Assembly: GCA_013815345.1 (NCBI GenBank)
Contig: JACDGK010000001.1
Span: 102,434-166,433 of the forward strand
DNA from: Patescibacteria group bacterium
GTDB taxonomy: Bacteria > Patescibacteriota > Minisyncoccia > Phycocordibacterales > Phycocordibacteraceae
Direction: 5' to 3'
Length of the DNA: 64,000 nucleotides
Part shown: positions 32,052 to 39,643 of the stretch, piece by piece
Layout: the number at the start of each line of letters is the position of its first letter
Numbering within the stretch: the stretch's first letter is position 1
The notes under the pieces: generated by a model
Databases searched by the model: none
What the model was told of the DNA's origin: nothing
Seen by the model: only the letters and a program-made list of their open reading frames with translations
Made by a program: the position numbers and the translations under genes

Positions 32052-32737
32052 GGCGTTGTTGAGGCGGTAGTCGTCGTTGCCTTCGTGTTCGTGTTCGGCG
32101 AGAAAGAAGGCGCTCCTCCTGCTGGTGCAGCCGGAAGAATAACCGGTGATGTTGGTGCCGTACTCTCCACGATTAGTGCAGGATTGAGCGTGGCATTCAG
32201 CGTAAAACTTACCGTTTTATCAACATTCACTTTAATACCCGAAAAAATAGCACTCTTAACATTCTTCTCAGCCGCAAATGCCGTCGACTCTGCAGCCAGC
32301 GCATTAAAAGTCTTTGCTTGGCCGGCCATGGCCATACTAGCAGATCGATCCTCAGCTACAATCACTTTCAAAGAGTCAAAACGTATGTTTTGCAGGGTGA
32401 TGCCCTCAAGCAACGTAAAAAATTGCGTAAGTTCTACGTGCTGATTTATGAGATTTGCTGAAGCAGAGAGGCGATTACGCAGGCGTACAAACTGCTCCAC
32501 CGTATCGGGACTGATTTGAGCTTGGGCTTGAGCCAGCTGACTCATTTTTGTTTTTTCTACGCCCGTAAGGTAATTCGCATATAAAAAGGTGCCGATCGCG
32601 GCAAGAATTGCGATGCCGGCAATCACCATAGAGACAATGAGGAAGATGCTATCTCCCGCCGAATAGCGTCGCCTAGGGCCCGAGGAGATCGGCTGCTTCG
32701 GAACGAATGACGTAGGAATTGAGGGAGAAAGAGCCAC
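32048..32737 (-). CDS. PilN-like alignment protein
   Basis: TSFVPK N-terminal motif, TM segment, position. Confidence 0.7.
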   Translation of the reverse strand: MALSPSIPTSFVPKQPISSGPRRRYSAGDSIFLIVSMVIAGIAILAAIGTFLYANYLTGVEKTKMSQLAQAQAQISPDTVEQFVRLRNRLSASANLINQHVELTQFFTLLEGITLQNIRFDSLKVIVAEDRSASMAMAGQAKTFNALAAESTAFAAEKNVKSAIFSGIKVNVDKTVSFTLNATLNPALIVESTAPTSPVILPAAPAGGAPSFSPNTNTKATTTTASTTP

Positions 32738-32805
32738 GAGGTAAGTATACGCTGTTAGAGAAGAAGAAAGCGGAAGATTGAGGACGGTGATGTGTATAAC
32801 GCAAC

Positions 32806-33897
32806 TTATCCTAGGTCTTCAAGCTTACGGAGCGCAAGTCCTACCGCCACTGCAAATTCCGGACCGATCTCCGCAAGCACTGGCCGCATGAAGGCGGGCG
32901 CTTGCGTACGAGCAAAGGGATCAGCAACATGAATGTCTGCAGCAAAAAAACCTTTCGCGTACGTCGCAAGTTCTTTCGTGACACCTCCTCCTCCGGTGAG
33001 CACGATCGCTGATATAGGTGTGCGTGCCCCTACTTCATATTGCGTAAAGACTCGTTTGGATTCTTCGAATATATGCGAGAAGACTGATTCGATACTTTCG
33101 CGCGCATAGGGAGGGGCGAGCTGGGTTGAAAATCCATGTTCTTTTTTAAGTGTCTCTGCTTTTGCTATCGAGAATCCTTGGGAACTGGAAATGTTGCGCG
33201 TGACGTCCTGGCCGCCGCGCGGGATGTTATGTGAAAATGCGACCACGCCGTGTTCGACCACATACACCTTGGTCGCGGATGCACCAATATCGAGCACCAT
33301 GACCGGCTTCACTATTTCGTCTACGACCGAGCGTATCGTGCTGAAAATTTCAATTTCATAAAAACTGCTTTCGAGAGAAGCTCCTTGCACGACATTTTGT
33401 AGAAGCTTGAGCTCGTCGTTATGAACCGCGACGATAAGCACTTTCACCTTTGGAGAGAGTTCTTTACCTTCAGAAATAGGATCCGGAATAATGAACCAAT
33501 CGAGCTGCACCTCGGACACTGGCACTGGTATATATTTCCGTGCTTCGAGTTCGACGATGGTCTTTTGTTCTTCGGGAGTTTTGGCGCGAGGAAGTTCGAC
33601 CAGCGTGAGAAGTGAGCGTGAAAAAGGAATGGAGACGCCCACATCGATCGTAGTGACATTCGCCTCTCGCAAAAGATCACGGAGATTTTCTGCAATTTTG
33701 TCGGCTGGGAGATTTGTCGCTTGCCCTGCTTCGCCGCCTGCGTAGGGACCAAGTGCAAGTTCCCCGTATGTTTCAAGAACGGCAGTACCGCCTTGTCGAC
33801 GCAGCTGCACTACTTTGAGTGAGGAGGAGCCGATGTCCAAACCCATGACGCTGCTATTTTTCTTTTTAACTTTAAAAAGATTTGATAAAAAACTCAT
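32806..33897 (-). CDS. pilM: Type IV pilus assembly protein PilM
   Basis: GLDIGSSSLK, LDIGA, LTGGG and AVGLALR actin-like motifs. Confidence 0.93.
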   Translation of the reverse strand: MSFLSNLFKVKKKNSSVMGLDIGSSSLKVVQLRRQGGTAVLETYGELALGPYAGGEAGQATNLPADKIAENLRDLLREANVTTIDVGVSIPFSRSLLTLVELPRAKTPEEQKTIVELEARKYIPVPVSEVQLDWFIIPDPISEGKELSPKVKVLIVAVHNDELKLLQNVVQGASLESSFYEIEIFSTIRSVVDEIVKPVMVLDIGASATKVYVVEHGVVAFSHNIPRGGQDVTRNISSSQGFSIAKAETLKKEHGFSTQLAPPYARESIESVFSHIFEESKRVFTQYEVGARTPISAIVLTGGGGVTKELATYAKGFFAADIHVADPFARTQAPAFMRPVLAEIGPEFAVAVGLALRKLEDLG

Positions 33898-33919
33898 GCG
33901 TCGATTGTATCATGCGCGG

Positions 33920-34579
33920 ATGTCGTTTTTTACTCACCTTATCGACCTTATTTTTCCTCCACGAGCGAGCACAGTGCTTGTACGAAGCGCGACATTTCCA
34001 TTACTTTCCGCCCTTCTTGCCCCGAAAATCGTAATGGTTGAAAACGTCTCCGTTGTCGCTCTGCTCCCCTATCGAACGCCACTCGTGCAGGCGCTGATAG
34101 TCGCAGCGAAATATGAAAATGACCGAAAAGCGCAGGAGTTGCTCGGAGAGGTACTCGCTACCTATATAAAGGAACGTATAAAGAAATGGGGGTCGATAGT
34201 CATCGTGCCACTGCCTCTTGGGAAAGCGCGCCGAAAGGCGCGCGGCTATAACCAAGTCGAAGAAATAGCAAAGTGTACAGCACGACACATAGGAGCGGGC
34301 ACAAAGAACCTCGTACAATCGGACCTTCTCGTACGAGTGCACGAAACCGTCCCTCAGACGTCACTCGGAAGGATGGCTCGAAAAGAGAACATGCGGCACG
34401 CTTTTGCCGTTCCGGCAAGAATAGGAGAAAAAGCACATGGCTCGGGAAGCATGGATTCCTCCCTCACCTACCTTCTTTTAGATGACGTTCTCACCACAGG
34501 CGCGACCCTTGCAGCAGCTCATGCAGCTCTCCTTAAAGCCGGTGCCAAACACGTCATTGTCCTCGCATTGGCGCATTAG
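33920..34579 (+). CDS. comF: ComF family competence phosphoribosyltransferase-like protein
   Basis: RGYNQ and LLDDVLTTGAT motifs. Start reassigned to MSFFTH, 6 nt after TATCAT. Confidence 0.88.
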   Translation: MSFFTHLIDLIFPPRASTVLVRSATFPLLSALLAPKIVMVENVSVVALLPYRTPLVQALIVAAKYENDRKAQELLGEVLATYIKERIKKWGSIVIVPLPLGKARRKARGYNQVEEIAKCTARHIGAGTKNLVQSDLLVRVHETVPQTSLGRMARKENMRHAFAVPARIGEKAHGSGSMDSSLTYLLLDDVLTTGATLAAAHAALLKAGAKHVIVLALAH

Positions 34580-34605
34580 GTTTAAAGTGATAATTTGTAT
34601 GGATT

Positions 34606-34692
34606 GGAGACGTGGCTGAGTGGTCGAAAGTACCTCACTGCTAACGAGGCAGGGGTTAACGCCCCTCGAGGGTTCGAATCCCTCCGTCTCCG
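34606..34692 (+). tRNA. tRNA-Ser (GCT)
   Basis: GGAGACG/CGTCTCC acceptor stem, CTGCTAA loop, long variable arm, GTTCGAATC; no CCA. Confidence 0.95.
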
Positions 34693-36209
34693 CAGATAGA
34701 AACTTCGAGTTCGGACAGAGCCGTGCCGCAAAGCGGCGTGGCAGAATGGGCGGACAGAAAATCCCGCCGCGTAGCGGCGAATTGGCTCGGCGTGGGGAAT
34801 CCGAAATGCGGGGATTTGTCACGAACCGAAGGGTTCGTTCCGATTTTTTGCACGAATGATTTGATTTGGTACAAATCATCCGATTGAGACAAAAAATCGG
34901 CTTGTTTCATATCCAAAATCCATTCCCGCAGGGGTTCGACCCGATTCTTTCTCCCGCGTTCAAAATCTTTCTTTTTCTCTTGCAAAGCGGCGAGAGAGCG
35001 CATGAGCACGTCCTTGCGCTTCAAGTACATCTCTTTCGGTATATCGCCATCTAGGTACGCAGATACCAGCTTTTCCATGCGCTCCTCGCTCGCTTTGATA
35101 TTGTCGGAAAGATTTTGAACCTCGCTTTGCGACACCTCAACTTCCTCGCGCTCCCATTCTTTCACTTTCGCCAACATCCAATCCGTATAGCGATCGCAAA
35201 GCGAGATTGTTTGAAGCCGTGCCTTTATTTTGTCGGCAAGGTCGGCCTCGCGGACATACGGTTGCGAGCAGCGGCCGCGTTTCTTGGAACACCGATAGTA
35301 GCGATACTTCGTACCCCAGCGATTGACCGCCCACTGCGCGGAAATCATGCCGCCGCACTCGCCACAGCGGAATAGCCCGACAAGCGGAAAATCATGCTTC
35401 ACCTTGCGCGTGCGCGGCCGCTCCTTGCCCGCCACGACCTTCTGCACGGCTTCAAACAATGCGGGAGTTAGAATCGGCTCAAAGTTTCCATCAAACCATT
35501 CCTGACCGTGCTTCACGAATCCGATATACACGCGATGCGTCAAAAGCCGTTTGATGGAAACTTTGGCAAGTGGCGTTCCGTTTGAAGTCATCACATTCAA
35601 GTCCGCCAAAAATTGCGACAACGAAACGAGAGTATGCGACCCTTTGGCGTATTCTTCGTACGCGAGGCGCACGATACGCGCGTTCGTCGGATGCGGTTCA
35701 ATATTGCGAATACGCGGGTTATTTTGATAGCCAAAGGGTGCGCGATTGAGCCACTCGCCCCGACGCAATTTTTGGCGGACGCCGCGCTTGATATTTTCGG
35801 ACAGATTGTCGCTGTAATATTTAGATTGCCCGAACGCCACTTGCAACATAAATAGTCCCTGCGGGGTCGGTTCAAACCAAAATGTCGGGAAGCGCAAAGA
35901 CACCACCTTACGCGTGTCTACGGCGTATATGATGCGCCCGCCGTCAATGCTGTTGCGAGCCAATCTATCGGGATGCCACGCCAATATGCCCACGCCGTCC
36001 ATTGATTCAATGCGGGCCATCATTTCGCCGTACACCTCGCGCCCCGGTGTCTTTGCGCTTTTCGACTCTTGAAATTCCTCAAGAATTTCAAGATTTTCTT
36101 TACGCGCGATCTCCCGCAACTCAAACAGCTGCGCCTCGATGGACATGACTTGCCGGTCATCGTCCTCAGTGCTCTTACGCGCGTATAGAAAATATTTTGG
36201 CTTGTTCAT
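34656..36209 (-). CDS. Large serine recombinase (resolvase, recombinase and Zn-ribbon domains)
   Basis: YARKST catalytic motif, DRLARN, CGECG..YYRC..C and a coiled coil. The last codons are antisense to tRNA-Ser. Start assigned to MNKPKY. Confidence 0.93.
   Translation of the reverse strand: MNKPKYFLYARKSTEDDDRQVMSIEAQLFELREIARKENLEILEEFQESKSAKTPGREVYGEMMARIESMDGVGILAWHPDRLARNSIDGGRIIYAVDTRKVVSLRFPTFWFEPTPQGLFMLQVAFGQSKYYSDNLSENIKRGVRQKLRRGEWLNRAPFGYQNNPRIRNIEPHPTNARIVRLAYEEYAKGSHTLVSLSQFLADLNVMTSNGTPLAKVSIKRLLTHRVYIGFVKHGQEWFDGNFEPILTPALFEAVQKVVAGKERPRTRKVKHDFPLVGLFRCGECGGMISAQWAVNRWGTKYRYYRCSKKRGRCSQPYVREADLADKIKARLQTISLCDRYTDWMLAKVKEWEREEVEVSQSEVQNLSDNIKASEERMEKLVSAYLDGDIPKEMYLKRKDVLMRSLAALQEKKKDFERGRKNRVEPLREWILDMKQADFLSQSDDLYQIKSFVQKIGTNPSVRDKSPHFGFPTPSQFAATRRDFLSAHSATPLCGTALSELEVSICGDGGIRTLEGR
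34686..34820 (+). repeat. 135-bp inverted repeat, left copy
   Basis: 129/135 identical to the reverse complement of 36234-36368 (manual alignment). Confidence 0.93.
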
Positions 36210-36233
36210 ATTAGTTTTTGGATTGAAACAAGA

Positions 36234-36368
36234 GACAAATCCCCGCATTTCGGATTCCCCACGCCGAGCCAATTCGCCGCTTCGCGGCGGCATTTCCTGC
36301 CCGCCCATTCTGCCACGCCGCTTTGCGGCGCGGCTCTGTCCGAACTCGAAGTTTCTATCTGCGGTGAC
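36234..36368 (-). repeat. 135-bp inverted repeat, right copy
   Basis: See left copy; lies just upstream of the recombinase start. Confidence 0.93.
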
Positions 36369-36586
36369 ATATTAGCCTTTGCTCGAACTCACTTCGCACG
36401 CGCCACGTGCGTGGTGGCTTGAGATTGAAGCGTACGCTCCGATCGCGTGGCGACTCTCTGAATCTCGCCACGCGCGGAGTACCGCGCGTCCGCCCTCTCT
36501 TTTGCCGTTTCCCCATTCTTATTTTTTTGCGGGGGGGGATTGAATTTGGAATGGACGGCAGAAACGAGAGATTGGGCTTAAATCTA

Positions 36587-36636
36587 ATAATCCCATTTTG
36601 GGATTATACCATAAAAGGATATATCCTTTATCCACA
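36587..36636 (+). promoter_or_regulatory. Tandem palindromic operators plus a DnaA-box match upstream of the HTH gene
   Basis: ATAATCCCA-ttt-TGGGATTAT, AAAGGATATATCCTTT and TTATCCACA (36628-36636). Confidence 0.6.
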
Positions 36637-36857
36637 TGAGCAAGTCCGTTTTCTCGAAAGACTATAAAGAAATCATAGAACGCTTGAAAACGGCGCGTAT
36701 TGAGGCTGGACTTGCACAGCAGGCGGTTGCGGACAAACTCGGTAAACCCCAATCTTTTATCTCAAAAATTGAATCCGGCGAAAGACGGCTTGATGTGGCG
36801 GAGATCAAAAAGTTTTCCGTAATCTACAAAAAAGATGTTTCCTTTTTCATAAAGTGA
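36636..36857 (+). CDS. XRE-family HTH regulator (probable R-M controller protein)
   Basis: LAQQAVADKLGKPQSFISKIESGERRLD; directly upstream of the endonuclease. Confidence 0.88.
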   Translation: MSKSVFSKDYKEIIERLKTARIEAGLAQQAVADKLGKPQSFISKIESGERRLDVAEIKKFSVIYKKDVSFFIK

Positions 36858-36858
36858 T

Positions 36859-37473
36859 ATGGCTAAGAAGGTAACCAATCATCCAAAAACAAGCAAAGGA
36901 GTAGTTTGGCAAAAACTTCTCGACGCTCTTTATGCTGATATCGGCAATGTCGTTTCGAACCAGAAACTTATAAAAGTTTCTGGACAACACAACTATGCTC
37001 GTCGTGTAAGAGAATTACGAGCAGAGGGTTGGGATATTGTTTATAGCGCAAGCCCAACTGGATATATTTTGCGTTCAACTAATAAAACCGCCAAAAACGC
37101 TGATGTTTATATCAATTTTAAATTAAGACAAAAGATTTTAGAAAGGGATCAATATATTTGTCAGCTCTGTGGACATAGGGCGAATGAAAAATACGCTGAT
37201 GGTGAATCAGTAAAGCTTGAAGTTGACCACATCCTTCCTCTCAAACAAGGCGGGAAAACTGTTGAGGAAAACCTTTGGACTTTATGTACTCGTTGTAATG
37301 CTGGGAAGAAATCACTTTTGGATTATCCCGAAACGGTTAAAAATAGGATAATCTCGGTTAATCTTCCAGATGATATAAGAGGAAAACTAAGCGAGTTGTC
37401 TCTCAAGAGGGGTGAGACCATCAACAGCCTCATTTTGGACGCTATACGCAGAGGGATTAAGAAATTGAAATAA
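36859..37473 (+). CDS. HNH endonuclease (putative restriction enzyme)
   Basis: CQLCG..LEVDHILP..GG..NLWTLCTRCN; N-terminal RRVRELR wHTH-like region and RHH-like C-terminus. Confidence 0.85.
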   Translation: MAKKVTNHPKTSKGVVWQKLLDALYADIGNVVSNQKLIKVSGQHNYARRVRELRAEGWDIVYSASPTGYILRSTNKTAKNADVYINFKLRQKILERDQYICQLCGHRANEKYADGESVKLEVDHILPLKQGGKTVEENLWTLCTRCNAGKKSLLDYPETVKNRIISVNLPDDIRGKLSELSLKRGETINSLILDAIRRGIKKLK

Positions 37474-38487
37474 TTCTTTTCCTACAGCAAGGGCCAAACG
37501 GCACGGCACGGCGTTACCGATTTGTTTGGCGACTTGGACATTTGAACCCACGAAAACATAATCATCGGGAAATGTTTGTAATCGTGCCGCCTCTCGAATT
37601 GTTATAGGTCTGTGCGCTTCAGGATGCAGATAACAACCTTTCTCCGGTTTAAAAAATTCGGTTCTGATAGTGAGAGATGGTTTATCCCATTCCAATCTAC
37701 CGAAGACATCCGTGGAGCCAGTCTTTTTCCGCTTCCAACAGTCAGGTGTCAATTCCAAAGGCAAATCAAATCTATTGCCTCCAGCCGGAATTGATTTGTA
37801 TCTCTTTAAAGACGTGGGGGTAGGGTTTCTTCCAATGTGCCAATCTTTTCCGGTTGGTTCTAATGGCAAGTCTGCGATCGCATCTTTGACGGTAGCCCAA
37901 GTCTGTAGATGGGCGTTTAAAAGATTAAAATTATCAGCAGAAGTATGTGTTGGTTGAGGGTGATTAGGTATTCCAATCCTACTGCCAAAGATGATGGCCC
38001 GCTTTCGTTTTTGTGGAACTCCGTATTCGACGGCATGTAAGACTTTTTCTCTTACTTCGTATCCTAAATCCTCCGCCATTTTCTTTATGCTGGGGAATTC
38101 ATCACTTGTCAGGAGTTGGGGGACATTTTCCATCAAAAACACCTTCGGTTTAAAGAAAGCAACGAAGCGCATATATTCTCGCCACATTTGATTACGAGGG
38201 TCGTCCTTTTTTTGTTTGCCCAACCGACTGAAACCCTGACATGGCGGCCCCCCTACAATTAAATCAACTGTCCTAGTTCCAATTCGTTTTGAAAACTCTT
38301 CTAAATCCACGGATGTAATATCTCCTTCATGCACAAGCATGTCTTTATGGTTTGCGCGTAAGGTTTCGCAGCTCCAATGATCCCAATCAGTTGCAGCAAG
38401 GGGTTTAAATCCGGCTTGCTGAATTCCGATAGACAAGCCGCCAGCTCCAGCAAACAAGTCAATGAAAGTTGGTTTTTTGTTGCTCAT
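37387..38487 (-). CDS. DNA (cytosine-5)-methyltransferase
   Basis: FAGAGG, GGPPCQGFS, ENV, QKRKR, REAARLQTFP and GNAV motifs. Confidence 0.97.
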   Translation of the reverse strand: MSNKKPTFIDLFAGAGGLSIGIQQAGFKPLAATDWDHWSCETLRANHKDMLVHEGDITSVDLEEFSKRIGTRTVDLIVGGPPCQGFSRLGKQKKDDPRNQMWREYMRFVAFFKPKVFLMENVPQLLTSDEFPSIKKMAEDLGYEVREKVLHAVEYGVPQKRKRAIIFGSRIGIPNHPQPTHTSADNFNLLNAHLQTWATVKDAIADLPLEPTGKDWHIGRNPTPTSLKRYKSIPAGGNRFDLPLELTPDCWKRKKTGSTDVFGRLEWDKPSLTIRTEFFKPEKGCYLHPEAHRPITIREAARLQTFPDDYVFVGSNVQVAKQIGNAVPCRLALAVGKELFQFLNPSAYSVQNEAVDGLTPLERQLA

Positions 38488-38514
38488 AAAATAATAATCC
38501 TATTTTAGCATATA

Positions 38515-38862
38515 TTAAAATTCACTCCTAAGTACACCGACGACCTTTCCTTGTATTTCCACATTAGTTTCATAAAAAGGCTTCATTGTATGGTTTGCCG
38601 GAACAAGTTTGATCCGATTTTTCTCTCTATAAATCTTTTTTAGCGTAACTTCATTTCTGTCCGGCATATACGCGACTGCTTTTTCTCCATCATCAACAGT
38701 CGGCTGTTCTCGCACTATCACAATATCGCCATCCGATATTCCTTCTTCAATCATACTTCTTCCAGATACCTTGAGTGCGTAGTGATTAAACCCTCGCGAA
38801 AGCATACTACGTGGAACTTCTATCGGTTCGGGGTCTCTGATTGCCTCAATCGGCCCTCCTGC
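38515..38862 (-). pseudogene. LexA-like S24 peptidase fragment lacking the DNA-binding domain
   Basis: AGGPIEA...KVSGRSM..GD..VTLKK; similarity starts at the Ala-Gly site. Confidence 0.8.
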
Positions 38863-39030
38863 GGGCGAGAAGACAGCCGAGGCAGAGCGAATCCTTTCCC
38901 CCAGACAGATTGTTTCGCTCTGCCGAGTCCGAATTATTAGTTTTAATCATCAGGATTTTGTCCGAAATACATTCGAACTTTGTCCAATACACACCGCCAA
39001 GAAAACTTAGTATCGGCTGACCCTAGTGCC

Positions 39031-39273
39031 TTACTCTACCTGTACATCTTTGAGCAAATCTATACGCTCAATAATGAGCATCTCCATCTTCTTTATAGAA
39101 TTACAAATGATTCTAGCGAGCTCCTTGTCTTTATCCATTTTTTGCTTCGAAAGAGACACTTCCAAAATCTGCGCGTAGCAATATATCACGCTCAGGTCAT
39201 TCCGAAGATCATGAGCGAGACGAGGGAGTCCATCAGCTTCATTCTTACCTAAATTGGATTGATCATCTTCCAT
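39031..39273 (-). CDS. Stand-alone HisKA-like small protein
   Basis: LAHDLRNDLSVI H-box without an ATPase domain. Confidence 0.65.
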   Translation of the reverse strand: MEDDQSNLGKNEADGLPRLAHDLRNDLSVIYCYAQILEVSLSKQKMDKDKELARIICNSIKKMEMLIIERIDLLKDVQVE

Positions 39274-39282
39274 ATATCCTAT

Positions 39283-39639
39283 CTATAAAGCGTACTCTTT
39301 CACCCTTGCTAATAAGTCATTCATTTCAAAAGGTTTTGTCATGAATGCATCAGCCCCTGCCGCTCGCGCGGAATCTTCAACATCACGGCTAGCAGAAATC
39401 ATTACGATCGGAATATGCTTTGTTGATTTATTTGCTTTAAGTTTTTTACATATTTTCTTGCCATCTTGACCTGACATCCAAATATCTAGAAGCAGAAGAT
39501 CCGGTAATTGCTCTATCATTTCCTTAACCGTTACACCTTCAGCCGTGGTCTGTACCTCATACCCTTCAAGCTCTAGGAGCATTTTTGTGGCATCCAGAAT
39601 GGCTAGGTCATCATCGGCAAGTAGTATCTTTTTAGCCAT
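39283..39639 (-). CDS. Single-domain response regulator
   Basis: LLADDD..LLDIWM..KPF. Confidence 0.92.
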   Translation of the reverse strand: MAKKILLADDDLAILDATKMLLELEGYEVQTTAEGVTVKEMIEQLPDLLLLDIWMSGQDGKKICKKLKANKSTKHIPIVMISASRDVEDSARAAGADAFMTKPFEMNDLLARVKEYAL

Positions 39640-39643
39640 AGGT

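Noticed and set aside
36210-36308. N-terminal extension of the recombinase given in the ORF track (MGGQEMPP...)
   Set aside because: It is the inverted repeat read through; the catalytic domain starts at MNKPKY (36209).
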